Below, in pieces: positions 27,884 through 38,188 of a DNA stretch of 60,799 nucleotides. Below the pieces are notes generated by a model, which was not told where the DNA came from, did not search any database, and worked only from the letters and a program-made list of their open reading frames with translations. The position numbers and the translations under genes were made by a program. Source of the DNA: a virus (Duplodnaviria > Caudoviricetes); the IMG/VR virus record IMGVR_UViG_3300031851_006073, positions 1-60,799 of that record, one strand, 5' to 3'. The stretch's first letter is position 1. The number at the start of each line of letters is the position of its first letter.

Positions 27884-28897
27884 TTAAAAGTCGTCTTCTA
27901 AAGCTCCGCTTTGTTGATATTCTCTAACTCTTCTCTCAAAGAAGTTTCCCATAGCTTGAACGTCCACAACTTCACTTAACCAAGGAAAAGGGTTTTTATC
28001 GCTTGGGAAACGATAATCTAAGCCAATAGCTTCTAACCGGCGATTACCAATGTAGTACATATAATCTACAAACATATCTGCATTTAAACCAAGAATACCC
28101 GTAGGTAATACATCATGCGCATAAGCTATCTCAAGCTCAACGGCTTTTTTCATATGGTCGACAAACTCATTTTGAATCTCTTTGGTCCAAATCTCTGGGT
28201 TTTGCTCTATTAAAGTATTAATTAGATACGTTCCAAAAGCGATGTGAGAGCTTTCATCCCTTAAGGTGTATTTAATTTGATCTGATATTCCTTGAAGTTT
28301 GTTTTGGCGACCTAAAGCCAATAACATTGCAAAGCCGCTGAAGAAAAATGTACCCTCGCAAACAATCCAAAAAGTTAGGAAATTGCGAAGAATTTCTTGC
28401 TTGCCTTCTATAGTATGAGCGCTAAAATCTGGTCGACTAATATCATTAGTGATAGTCATCAAAAAGTCATCTTTTGCTTTAATACTTGGTATTGTCTCGT
28501 AAGCCGCAAAAACCTCTTCTATATCCAAATCTAAACTATCGCAAACGTATACTACCGTAAGATTGTGAAGACTTTCTTCAAAAGCTTGACGAAGTATATA
28601 CTGACGACATTCAGCATCAGTAATAAACCTAAAAGCCGAAAGAAGCAGGTTATTGCCAACCAAAGACTCAGATCCCGCAAAGAACCCAAGACATCGTTTA
28701 ACGAGTAATTTTTCATCTTCTGTGATTTCATCGTTCTTCCATTGTTTAATGTCGTTCTGCATACTAATTTCAGTAGGCATCCAATTATTGGCGCAACTTT
28801 TTAAAAATAAATCCCACGCATATTTATGTTTATGAGGTAATATTCTATTTACCCCCGCGATATTTTCTGTTAATAATTCTCCTGTTTTATCATTCAT
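27884..28897 (-). CDS. nrdB: Ribonucleotide reductase beta subunit, class Ic-like
   Basis: FFAGSESLV, EESLHNLTV, RDESSH, NFFERRV; start moved to ATG 28897 after the promoter. Confidence 0.93.
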   Translation of the reverse strand: MNDKTGELLTENIAGVNRILPHKHKYAWDLFLKSCANNWMPTEISMQNDIKQWKNDEITEDEKLLVKRCLGFFAGSESLVGNNLLLSAFRFITDAECRQYILRQAFEESLHNLTVVYVCDSLDLDIEEVFAAYETIPSIKAKDDFLMTITNDISRPDFSAHTIEGKQEILRNFLTFWIVCEGTFFFSGFAMLLALGRQNKLQGISDQIKYTLRDESSHIAFGTYLINTLIEQNPEIWTKEIQNEFVDHMKKAVELEIAYAHDVLPTGILGLNADMFVDYMYYIGNRRLEAIGLDYRFPSDKNPFPWLSEVVDVQAMGNFFERRVREYQQSGALEDDF

Positions 28898-28903
28898 AGT
28901 TTT

Positions 28904-28932
28904 ATTGTATAATAAATAACGTTTCAAGTCAA
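28904..28932 (-). promoter_or_regulatory. sigma70-type promoter (leaderless nrdB)
   Basis: TTGACT-N17-TACAAT; ATG 6 nt later. Confidence 0.7.
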
Positions 28933-28940
28933 GATTAAGT

Positions 28941-29210
28941 TTACTCTAATTTGTTTAATAGATGTTGATATTTTTCTATATCTATCGCAACTCTTATGGA
29001 TTCATCAGCTTCAGGATTTAATGATAGATATTTTTTTCCCCTATCAATTATTTCTTCTAACGTTTGAATGTAAGCTGTTTCTGCATAATCTCTTTGCTTT
29101 CTGTAATTTATAGAATCTATATTAGAGTTAATTCTCCTAAGGTCTTTCCTGATTAACTTGCATCTAACTACAGCTTCCTTAAAGGACTTTAAATGCTTGA
29201 ATCTCGTCAT
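28941..29210 (-). CDS. Hypothetical protein between nrdA and nrdB
   Basis: 89 aa, TAATG-coupled to nrdA. Confidence 0.6.
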   Translation of the reverse strand: MTRFKHLKSFKEAVVRCKLIRKDLRRINSNIDSINYRKQRDYAETAYIQTLEEIIDRGKKYLSLNPEADESIRVAIDIEKYQHLLNKLE

Positions 29211-31627
29211 TATTGACAGCTTTCACATATCTCTCCATTTCTCATAGCTTCAATGCTGCAAGCAGAAGGGTCTTCTTTTTTAACCTCTTCTGCGTGAGAC
29301 TTTTCTACCTTGGAAGCCGCTCTGTTTCGGAGGTAATAAGTAGTTTTTAATCCAGCCTCCCAGCAAGCTACATAAACATCATTTAAATATTTCAATGAAG
29401 TAGATTTATTATAAAGATTAAAACTCACAGCTTGATCGATCCATTTTTGGCGAACTGAATTGCATTCAATTAATTTAAACATATCGCGGTCAAATGCGGT
29501 TTTATATTTTTCTTTTAATTCCGTTGGGATATCCCCATTTAATAAAGATAGGTCTCCGTCAACACTCTTCACGAGCTTGGCTATTTCGCTATTCCATAAT
29601 CCTGCAGATTTCATATCATTGATGAAATGTTGATTAGTAATAAAAAAATTGCCGCTTTTATTCTCATAAACAAATAACACAGAGAAATTAGGTTCTATAC
29701 TTTGTTCGACTCCATTTATATAACCAATTGTAGCTGTGGGGGCGATAGCCATAACATTACTATTTCGCATTCCATGGTTGCAAATATGCTCCCTAACTTC
29801 GTCCCAATTTAAACTTGTATTAATTTCAGGTCTCTTACCTTTATACTTCATTAACTCAGAATATGAATCGATAGGCAATTTATTTTGACTCCAAAGAGAG
29901 CCATTAAATGTAGCGTATTTTCCTTTTTCTTTTGCTAACTTAGAGCTGGCCAAAATTGCATGATAAGAATAAAACTCAAATAATTTATCATTAAACTCAA
30001 CGGCTTCATCACTATCAATATTAATATTCATTCTATGACAGACATCATGTAGAGCCATTATACCTAAACCAATAGGTCGATGCTTTAAATTACTATTTTC
30101 CGCCTCCTTAGTCGGATAAAAATTAAGATCCACAACACTATCTAGCGCTCTAATAGCGGTATGTATTGTATTCTCTAACTTGCCATAATCTAAAGCGTTA
30201 TCATCATTTAAATGATTAAGTAAATTTACCGAGCCTAAATTACAGACAGCAGTTTCTCCAACGCTAGTTTTTTCCCCCTTATCGTACTTAGAGGATTTAG
30301 TGTGAAGAGTAATCTCTGTACATAAATTGCTGCTATGAACAACGCCTTCGTGTTGATTTGTGTAACGTATATTACATGGATCCTTAAAAGTATTCCATGG
30401 GTGCGAAGTTTCGAATAAAACCTTGAGCATCTTTTTCCACAGCTCTTTTGCTGGAGTAACCCTATAGTTTTTTATTAAACCCTCTTCAGCTTTCTCGCAT
30501 AATTCGTTATATTTCTTATCGAACTCTTCCCCGAATAGATCATGCAGACCGGATTCTTTTGGGTCGAAGAAGTACCAAGCGTCTTTGCCCTGAACTCTGC
30601 GCATAAATTCATCAGGAATCCAAGAAGCTGTATTCATATCGTGGCACCTCAATCTGTCATCTCCAGTGTTTCTTCTTAGATTTAAAAAATCTTCAAAATC
30701 TAAATGCCAAGGTTCTAAATAAGCGCATCCAGCTCCAGGCCTTTTCCCTCCTTGATTTACTGCTACAAGAAGGTCGTTATAGATCTTAAGCCAAGGAACA
30801 AGTCCGCTAGAAACACCGTTGGTCCCCTTAATGTGTGAACCTGTTGATCTAAAAGGGGTGACATCAAGACCTAGACCTCCAGCGTATTTGCTCTTGCGAG
30901 CTTCTTGCCAAGCCCCATCAAAAATACCGTCAATACTGTCATCAAAAGTATTTAAATAACACGAACTTAATTGAGATTTGACCGTCCCACTATTAAAAAG
31001 AGTAGGAGTCGAAGAGGTGTATAAAAATTGGCTAAACATATCATAATACTTGATTGCCCACGCTTCCTTGTCTTCCTCGTTAAGAGCGAGCCCCATAGCT
31101 ACGCGCATCCAAAAAGACTGAGGGGCCTCCATAATTTTATCGTCTTCTCTGATAAAATACCTATCCGCAAGAATTTGTATTCCTAAATATTTAAACGAAA
31201 GATCTCTGCGTATCTTAATAGCTTCTGACAGCCTAGTTAAATCATACTCAAGCATTCTTGGGTTTAATTTTTCGCTTTTAACTAATTTTTTAACCCCTTG
31301 AACGAAACTTTTTCGGTATTGCAGCTTAAAAACATCTGAATCAACACCCTCTTTAAATACTTCTTTATATACTGTGTTCAACAGCAGCCTGCCTGCAGCG
31401 TAACCATAATTAGGTTCTTTTTCTATTTTTTCTCTCGCACTTAAGATAAGAGCTGTATCAATTTCCTTGGTTGTGATTTTATCGTATAATTGCAACTGAG
31501 CGTCTAGCACAATTTCACTCACAGACACGTCAGAAATGTCATCACATGCGCGTTCAACATTAGCATTAATTTTCTCGACATTAAAGTCTTGAAGCCTACC
31601 GTTTCGTTTTTTTACTTTTATATCCAT
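29210..31627 (-). CDS. nrdA: Ribonucleotide reductase class I alpha subunit
   Basis: ATP cone (VKKRNG), PTLFN, LSSCY, SNLCTE, APTA, TTYY, C-terminal CESC. Confidence 0.95.
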   Translation of the reverse strand: MDIKVKKRNGRLQDFNVEKINANVERACDDISDVSVSEIVLDAQLQLYDKITTKEIDTALILSAREKIEKEPNYGYAAGRLLLNTVYKEVFKEGVDSDVFKLQYRKSFVQGVKKLVKSEKLNPRMLEYDLTRLSEAIKIRRDLSFKYLGIQILADRYFIREDDKIMEAPQSFWMRVAMGLALNEEDKEAWAIKYYDMFSQFLYTSSTPTLFNSGTVKSQLSSCYLNTFDDSIDGIFDGAWQEARKSKYAGGLGLDVTPFRSTGSHIKGTNGVSSGLVPWLKIYNDLLVAVNQGGKRPGAGCAYLEPWHLDFEDFLNLRRNTGDDRLRCHDMNTASWIPDEFMRRVQGKDAWYFFDPKESGLHDLFGEEFDKKYNELCEKAEEGLIKNYRVTPAKELWKKMLKVLFETSHPWNTFKDPCNIRYTNQHEGVVHSSNLCTEITLHTKSSKYDKGEKTSVGETAVCNLGSVNLLNHLNDDNALDYGKLENTIHTAIRALDSVVDLNFYPTKEAENSNLKHRPIGLGIMALHDVCHRMNINIDSDEAVEFNDKLFEFYSYHAILASSKLAKEKGKYATFNGSLWSQNKLPIDSYSELMKYKGKRPEINTSLNWDEVREHICNHGMRNSNVMAIAPTATIGYINGVEQSIEPNFSVLFVYENKSGNFFITNQHFINDMKSAGLWNSEIAKLVKSVDGDLSLLNGDIPTELKEKYKTAFDRDMFKLIECNSVRQKWIDQAVSFNLYNKSTSLKYLNDVYVACWEAGLKTTYYLRNRAASKVEKSHAEEVKKEDPSACSIEAMRNGEICESCQ

Positions 31628-31639
31628 ATTGTGTTTAAA

Positions 31640-31730
31640 ATATTAACATTTAGAGGGGAAATTGTCAACAGGAATATAATAGTGTTAATAACTTTTCTGT
31701 CTTGACATTTAACTGTGTTTAGTATAGAAT
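31640..31730. promoter_or_regulatory. Divergent sigma70 promoters (nrdA / polymerase operon)
   Basis: Minus: TTGACA(31668-31663)-N17-TAATAT. Plus: TTGACA(31702)-N17-TAGAAT with ATG 7 nt later. Confidence 0.7.
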
Positions 31731-31737
31731 ATGTAGC

Positions 31738-32511
31738 ATGTTACCATTATTTAAAAGCCACTTTTCTATAGGCAAAAGCATATTAACGCTTGAAGATCCA
31801 ATTACACATAAAGAAGGCAAGTCGGACAGTGTTTTTTCAATTGCTATAGAAAATAACTTAAAAGAAGTAGTTCTTGTCGAAGATTCGTTAACTGGATTTT
31901 TGCAAGCCAAAAAACAAACAGACAACCTTGGATTGAAATTAATTTTTGGTTTAAGAATAAACATGAAAGAAGATGCAAAAACCAACCCAAAAGAAGAAAG
32001 CCAACAATCCTCTCATAAGATTATAATCTTTGCTAAAAATTCAAACGGTTGTAAATTGTTAAATAATATATCAAGCCTAGCTAATACGGAAAACTATAAT
32101 TGCGTCGATCGTAAAACTTTAAAAAAATACTGGGAAAATAAAGATTTATTATTAGCTGTTCCCTTTTATGATTCGTTTATATTTAATAATTTAATTAAAT
32201 TTTGCAACTGCACACCAAATTTTGACTTCTGCAAACCGATATTGTTTCTAGAAAGCAACTCTCTGCCTTTCGATAATTTTATAGGCGACAGAGTTAAGGA
32301 GTACGCGCAAAATAATAAACTTGAGACACAAACAACTAAAAGTATATATTATAAAAACAAAAAAGACGTAAAAGCCTTACAAACTTATAAGTGCATAACA
32401 GGCAGAAGCTTCGGCAATAAAACGTTATCAAAACCAAACTTAGATCACTTCGGTAGCAATGAATTTTGCTTCGAAAGCTGGAAGGAGAAAAATGAAAGAA
32501 TCACTACTTAG
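31738..32511 (+). CDS. Stand-alone PHP domain of DNA polymerase III alpha (degenerate metal site)
   Basis: FKSHFSIGKS in place of HxHS.YS, LKLIFGL, HKIIIFAKNSNG. Confidence 0.75.
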   Translation: MLPLFKSHFSIGKSILTLEDPITHKEGKSDSVFSIAIENNLKEVVLVEDSLTGFLQAKKQTDNLGLKLIFGLRINMKEDAKTNPKEESQQSSHKIIIFAKNSNGCKLLNNISSLANTENYNCVDRKTLKKYWENKDLLLAVPFYDSFIFNNLIKFCNCTPNFDFCKPILFLESNSLPFDNFIGDRVKEYAQNNKLETQTTKSIYYKNKKDVKALQTYKCITGRSFGNKTLSKPNLDHFGSNEFCFESWKEKNERITT

Positions 32512-33136
32512 ATTTCAAAAAAATAAAAAGTATTTACTGTTTGATTATGAAACATGTAATTTAAATCTTGTATCAAATAATAAACCATGGCAACTAGCGT
32601 TTCTTGTGATAGAAAATAATAAAATTGTAGAGCAAAAAGATTATTGGCTTAAGTGGGACGAACTAAACGTTTCTCCTGATGCGGCTAAGATCACAGGCTT
32701 TACAGAATCAAAGTACAAGAAAAAAGCTTCGTGCCCCAAAGTCGCGCTAGATCATTTAGAGAAGTATTTGTATGACGACTCCTATCTTAAGGTTGGGCAC
32801 AACTTACTAGGGTTTGATGTTTATATGCATAATGTTCACCGCAAATTAATTGATGAAAATGCAGAAACAGATTTTAGCTATACTGAGCACTTAGTAGATA
32901 CCTTATGCCTTGCAAAAGCTCTCAAAAAGAGAATAAAGCTAGATAAAGATGATAATTTTTTAGCGTGGCAATACCGACTTAACCACCTGATTGAAAGAGG
33001 CTTAAGTTGCAACTTAAGGCAGTGCTGCAAAGATTTTGATGTTGACTTTGATGAGAAAAAATTGCATGATGCCTTATACGACATTAAAGTTAACTACGAA
33101 GTATTTAAAAAAATGATATGGGAAATAGAAGTATAA
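32492..33136 (+). CDS. DEDDh 3'-5' exonuclease (DnaQ/epsilon-like)
   Basis: FDYET, GHNLLGFD, HDALYD; start at ATG 32492 after GGAG. Confidence 0.88.
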   Translation: MKESLLRFQKNKKYLLFDYETCNLNLVSNNKPWQLAFLVIENNKIVEQKDYWLKWDELNVSPDAAKITGFTESKYKKKASCPKVALDHLEKYLYDDSYLKVGHNLLGFDVYMHNVHRKLIDENAETDFSYTEHLVDTLCLAKALKKRIKLDKDDNFLAWQYRLNHLIERGLSCNLRQCCKDFDVDFDEKKLHDALYDIKVNYEVFKKMIWEIEV

Positions 33137-35694
33137 TGAATTTTACAGAACAATTCGAAAAGTATGAAGACTGCGCCCCTCCAGGAGTGAAGCTTCCTGA
33201 GATTAAAATTGAAAAAAAATATTATGAAATGCTTGAAGCGTCAGAAGATATTTCTAACTTCGACTTTCTTCGAAAGCTTTGCTATAAAGGGGTATACGAT
33301 AGAGGGGTAGATAAATTTAAAAACAAGAAAGATTACTTTGAAAGAGCAAAATCGGAATTAAAAATTTTAGATGAACTAGGATTTATAGATTATATTTTAT
33401 TAAACTGGGATATAATAAATTATTGCCACGAAAATGATATTCCGACTGGCCCAGGAAGAGGGTCAGCCGCAGGCTCTTTAGTATTATATCTAATTGGGGT
33501 TACAAATGTCGACCCCGTTAAGTATAGTTTGTTTTTTGAGCGCTTTGTGTCCAAGAGTAGGGCGAGAAAAATAGAAAAAGACGGAGAAACGTATCTTGAC
33601 GGCAGTCTTTTGGCGGATATTGATAATGATATCGCATATGAAAGACGAGCTGAAGTTATCGAGTATATTGAAAGAAAGCATCCCTCTCGTACAGCAAAAA
33701 TATTAACCCTTAACACTCTTAGCGGAAAACTTTGCGTGAAAGAATGCGGCAAAATTGTTGGAGAACTTTCTGAACAAGAAGTTAATGAAGTCAGTAGTAC
33801 TATTCCAAAAAAATTCGGTATTGTTATGCCTATTTCGTCCGCAACAGAAGAAAGTGAAAAATTTGCAGATTGGGCGGCAAATAATCCAGAAGTTTTCGAG
33901 ATCTCTCTCAAACTAGAAGGTTTAAATAAAAACTCTGGCGTCCACCCTAGTGGCATTGCGATTTCTTTTCAAAAAATCACAGACATTTGTCCAATTCAAA
34001 AATCGAATGACGGAGCTTTAGTTACGGGTTACGACATGAATTGGGTGGCGGAGCTGATGGTTAAATTTGATATCTTAGGATTAAGGACTTTAAGTGTGAT
34101 TTATGATGTATGCAGAAACCTAGATATTGACATCTCATCGGTAGACCTTAATAACGCGGACGTATACACGCCGCTACGCTCCCTCAGCACGCCTCACGGA
34201 CTCTTTCAATTAGAATCTGACACAAACTATAGAGTCTGCAAAAAGATCAAACCTAAAGACTTAGAGCAGCTTAGCGCAGTTGTAGCAATTGGAAGGCCTG
34301 GAGCCTTAGAATTTTTAGATGATTACGCAACATATTCTGAGACGGGGGAAGCTCAGGTTATTCATGAATTTTTTAGTGACGTTTTAGATTATACGGGAGG
34401 AATCCCCCTTTACCAAGAGCAGCTAATGCAAATGGCAGTTAAGGTTGGATTCACGCTTGATGAAGCGGAGCAGCTTAGAAGAATTGTAGGTAAGAAAAAA
34501 GTCGACCAAATGCCTGCTTGGAAAAAAAAGATTGAGGACAAAATCCAGCAAAATAATCTTCCTTCAGAAATCTCTCATATACTATGGAGCGTCGCAGAAG
34601 ATAGCGCAAATTATTCTTTTAATAAATCGCACTCTCTTGCATACGCAACTCTGTCTGCTTGGACAGCATATTTAAAATTCAATTACCCAAGAGAATTTTT
34701 TATATCCTTATTAAAAATGACCAAATACGAACCATCTCCGCAGGAAGAAATATCAAAAGTTTCTAAGGAATTGTCCAGTTTCGGCATTAAACTTTTATGC
34801 CCTGATCTAGCTAAGTCTAGTATGGATTTTTCTTTTGAAGAAAAGAATATTAGATTTGGGTTAAATAGTATTAAAGGCGTAAGTGAGAAATCACTTCAGT
34901 CTCTCAGAGACTTTCGTTCTACCGAGACTCCCACAAAATATGATATCTTTCTTGCGGCAAAGCAGGCTGGATTAAATATTGGAATCTTAAGTTCGTTAAT
35001 ACAAGCTGGAGCTTTAGAAAGTAAAGGCGAAAACAGGTCTTTAATGGCTCTTGAAGCTCAAGCGTTTAACCTTCTTACTGATAGAGAGAAGCGTAATTTT
35101 ATTTCTCTTGGAGAAAAATATGAATACAAACTTCTAAACTGCATAGCAGACGCCAAAAAAGGAGACTTGGTCGGAGATGACGGTAAACCATTAATGAAAG
35201 AGTCTAGATTCAAAACGTTCAAGAAGAAATATGATGTTTACAAATTAATTTATGACAAAAATAAAATGTATCAAGGTTTCGCGAATTGGTATTTTGAAAC
35301 AGAACTTCTTGGATATAGCCATAGCTCATCCCTTAAATCGTGTTTTATTGATTCTTATAAAGCTTTAAAAGATTCAAGGGATTTAAATCTCATGGATTCG
35401 GATGAAAAAGGTAAATTCATTGGAGTCGTGGAAGACTGTATTAAAAGAACTTCTCGCAACGGGAACAAATATATGAAGCTGTCAATTACAGATGAACACG
35501 GCAAATATGACGCCATGCTTTTAAATTCCAGAAGAGGCAATTTTTATGACAGATATTTCGAATCAAAGAAGAAAACTCCATCAAAAAAGAATATAATCGT
35601 AGTGTATGGAAGAAAAGGGGAAGACATAGTATTTCTGGACTCATTAAACATAATGGATGAAAAGATATACATGAAAATGTCTGATATTAAATGA
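33136..35694 (+). CDS. dnaE: DNA polymerase III alpha catalytic subunit lacking the PHP domain
   Basis: GPGRGSAAGS, FERF, ADIDND, HPSG, KFDILGL, LYQEQ, SFNKSH, C-terminal OB fold; TAATG-coupled start. Confidence 0.93.
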   Translation: MNFTEQFEKYEDCAPPGVKLPEIKIEKKYYEMLEASEDISNFDFLRKLCYKGVYDRGVDKFKNKKDYFERAKSELKILDELGFIDYILLNWDIINYCHENDIPTGPGRGSAAGSLVLYLIGVTNVDPVKYSLFFERFVSKSRARKIEKDGETYLDGSLLADIDNDIAYERRAEVIEYIERKHPSRTAKILTLNTLSGKLCVKECGKIVGELSEQEVNEVSSTIPKKFGIVMPISSATEESEKFADWAANNPEVFEISLKLEGLNKNSGVHPSGIAISFQKITDICPIQKSNDGALVTGYDMNWVAELMVKFDILGLRTLSVIYDVCRNLDIDISSVDLNNADVYTPLRSLSTPHGLFQLESDTNYRVCKKIKPKDLEQLSAVVAIGRPGALEFLDDYATYSETGEAQVIHEFFSDVLDYTGGIPLYQEQLMQMAVKVGFTLDEAEQLRRIVGKKKVDQMPAWKKKIEDKIQQNNLPSEISHILWSVAEDSANYSFNKSHSLAYATLSAWTAYLKFNYPREFFISLLKMTKYEPSPQEEISKVSKELSSFGIKLLCPDLAKSSMDFSFEEKNIRFGLNSIKGVSEKSLQSLRDFRSTETPTKYDIFLAAKQAGLNIGILSSLIQAGALESKGENRSLMALEAQAFNLLTDREKRNFISLGEKYEYKLLNCIADAKKGDLVGDDGKPLMKESRFKTFKKKYDVYKLIYDKNKMYQGFANWYFETELLGYSHSSSLKSCFIDSYKALKDSRDLNLMDSDEKGKFIGVVEDCIKRTSRNGNKYMKLSITDEHGKYDAMLLNSRRGNFYDRYFESKKKTPSKKNIIVVYGRKGEDIVFLDSLNIMDEKIYMKMSDIK

Positions 35695-35700
35695 TTTACA

Positions 35701-35705
35701 GTGTA
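35701..35705 (+). promoter_or_regulatory. GTGTA motif
   Basis: 5 or 11 nt before ATG 35711/35717. Confidence 0.55.
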
Positions 35706-35710
35706 ATTAA

Positions 35711-38188
35711 ATGAAAATGACTCCAAAACCTAACTTTACGCCTCGAGCGCAACAAGCTATAAATGAAGCCAAAAAAGTTGCTAAAAAATATTTCAACGAG
35801 TATATCGCACTAGATCATCTATTTTTCGGCATGGTAAATTTAAATGCTGGTATTTTGAGTGAGATTTTGTTTTTATTGCAAATTGACCAAGCGCAATTAA
35901 AAGAAAAAATCGAAGACGCTATTTTTGCAGCATCTTCACAAGATGAATTTAATGCAGATCCAGAAGAAGTACGACCTGTTTATGACGAACATTTCCATTT
36001 AGTATTAAAGGTTGCGGCCTCTATTAGCGAAAAGCTTGGCCATGAATATGTAGGTATAGAACATATGCTATTAGCTTTGCTTAAATACGAAGAGTCAAAT
36101 ATACCAGAGTATTTTGATTCATTTAATGCCTCGGAAACCGATATTATTGCTGAAGTAAGAGAATACCTTCATTTATCAAAAGAGCATCAACCTGCCGAAA
36201 AAAGAAAGGAAAAACGCTTTATCCAGGCAGCTCCGGTGAAGGATGTGAAACTTCAAAATCTAGAGAAGTTTGCAACCAATTTAAATTCGCTAGCTTCTCA
36301 GGGAAAATTTGATACCATAATAGGGAAAAATGAAGAAATATCTGAAGTCTGCGAGATTTTATGCAGAAGAACCAAGAATAACCCAGTTCTTTTAGGCGAT
36401 CCAGGAGTAGGTAAAACCGCCATAGTTGAAGGCTTAGCTCAAGAAATCACTAACGGATCCTGCTCTGATTTCTTGTTGAATAAAACAATTTACTCGCTCG
36501 ACCTAGGTTCTTTAATTGCCGGAACAAAATATAGAGGGCAATTTGAAGAAAGGTTGAAAGGAATTATTGAAGACGCGAGAAAAAATAAAGATATAATATT
36601 ATTTATTGATGAAATACATACTTTAGTAGGGGCGGGTAGCGCCGAAGGAAGTATGGATGCAGCAAACCTGCTAAAGCCATTACTGGCGAGAGGTGAGTTA
36701 AAATGTATCGGGGCAACTACGCAAGAAGAATATAAAAAATCTATATTAAAAGATGGAGCTCTAGACAGGAGGTTTCAAGGTGTAAAGGTGATCGAACCAA
36801 CCAAAGAGGAAGCCAAACAAATAATTTACGGAATAAAAACCAAATACGAGCAATTCCACAGTATTCACTATCCAGATGAAGTGCTAGATTTAGTTGTAAA
36901 CCTTTCGGCGAGATATATTGTAGATAAACAATTTCCTGATAAAGCTATTGACATTCTTGACCAAGTGGGCTCGAAGGTCAAAATCAAAAACATCGAAAGG
37001 CCTCAGGAAGCTAAAGATATAGAGAGAGAGCTAGAAGATTTGGCGGTTGAGGAATCAAAAGTCCACTTAACTGGCGCAAGATCTATTGAATTAGAAGATC
37101 AGCAGCTAAACCTACTTGAGAGATATGACGAAGTTATTTCTAAATGGGCAAAAAAAACCATAAAATCTAAAATCTCAGTAAGAAAAAAGGATATATACGA
37201 AGTCATTTCTTCCAGAACAGGAATCCCTATGTCAGAAATTTCTAAAAAAGATTCAGAAAAAATGCTGGGACTCTTCAAGCAGTTAAATAAAAAAATAATC
37301 GGACAACACGAAGCCATTAAAGAAATTTCAGAATGCGTATTAAGGTCTAAATCTGGCTTGCAAGACCCGAGCAAGCCTGTAGGAAGCTTCTTGCTTGTAG
37401 GTTCAAGCGGCACAGGGAAAACATATACAGCAAAATGTATTGCTGAATTTATATATGGAAGCAAAGATAAGTTGATTCAGTTAGATATGAGCGAGTTTTC
37501 TGAAAAGATTTCTTCTAGTCGCCTTATAGGCGCTTCCCCAGGATATGTTGGCTATGAAGAAGGTGGAGAATTAACTGAAAAAGTCCGCAAAAACCCGTAT
37601 AGCGTTGTTTTGTTTGATGAAGTAGAAAAAGCGCATCCAGAGGTTTTAAATATTTTATTGCAAATCCTCGAAGAAGGTTTTGTTACAGACAATTCTGGTA
37701 GAAAAATCAACTTTTCTAATTGCACCATTATCTTAACAGGTAATATAGGTAGCGAAAAGATTAGCAAGCCCTCGATAGGCTTTGGCTCACCAATAGGAGA
37801 AACCGAAGCTATGAATAAGCTAAAGGATGAGTTAAAGACATTTTTTAGGCCAGAATTCTTAAACCGCTTAAATGAAATAATTTTATTTAAAAACTTCGAA
37901 GCAAAAGATATATCTAAAATTGTAAAGCTAGAATCTGACAAACTATCTTACAAATTAAAAGATAAAAATATCAAAATATCAATCACGCCCAAAGTATCAT
38001 CTTTTATCGCAGAAAATGCCGCTTTAGAGAAAATGGGGGCCAGGCCAGTAAAAAGGTTAATTCAAAAATATATAGAGAATAAATTATCAAAACTCATTCT
38101 AAGCAAAGAGTTAAGAGATAATCAAAACATTAAATTTAGTTTTATTAAAAACGAAATAATTTACAAAATTACGGAAGCAGAGGCTTAA
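35711..38188 (+). CDS. ClpA/ClpC-type Hsp100 ATPase
   Basis: Clp-N repeats, GDPGVGKT/IDEIH, GSSGTGKT/FDEVEK, PPGYVG-like SPGYVGY loop, IGF motif. Confidence 0.92.
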   Translation: MKMTPKPNFTPRAQQAINEAKKVAKKYFNEYIALDHLFFGMVNLNAGILSEILFLLQIDQAQLKEKIEDAIFAASSQDEFNADPEEVRPVYDEHFHLVLKVAASISEKLGHEYVGIEHMLLALLKYEESNIPEYFDSFNASETDIIAEVREYLHLSKEHQPAEKRKEKRFIQAAPVKDVKLQNLEKFATNLNSLASQGKFDTIIGKNEEISEVCEILCRRTKNNPVLLGDPGVGKTAIVEGLAQEITNGSCSDFLLNKTIYSLDLGSLIAGTKYRGQFEERLKGIIEDARKNKDIILFIDEIHTLVGAGSAEGSMDAANLLKPLLARGELKCIGATTQEEYKKSILKDGALDRRFQGVKVIEPTKEEAKQIIYGIKTKYEQFHSIHYPDEVLDLVVNLSARYIVDKQFPDKAIDILDQVGSKVKIKNIERPQEAKDIERELEDLAVEESKVHLTGARSIELEDQQLNLLERYDEVISKWAKKTIKSKISVRKKDIYEVISSRTGIPMSEISKKDSEKMLGLFKQLNKKIIGQHEAIKEISECVLRSKSGLQDPSKPVGSFLLVGSSGTGKTYTAKCIAEFIYGSKDKLIQLDMSEFSEKISSSRLIGASPGYVGYEEGGELTEKVRKNPYSVVLFDEVEKAHPEVLNILLQILEEGFVTDNSGRKINFSNCTIILTGNIGSEKISKPSIGFGSPIGETEAMNKLKDELKTFFRPEFLNRLNEIILFKNFEAKDISKIVKLESDKLSYKLKDKNIKISITPKVSSFIAENAALEKMGARPVKRLIQKYIENKLSKLILSKELRDNQNIKFSFIKNEIIYKITEAEA

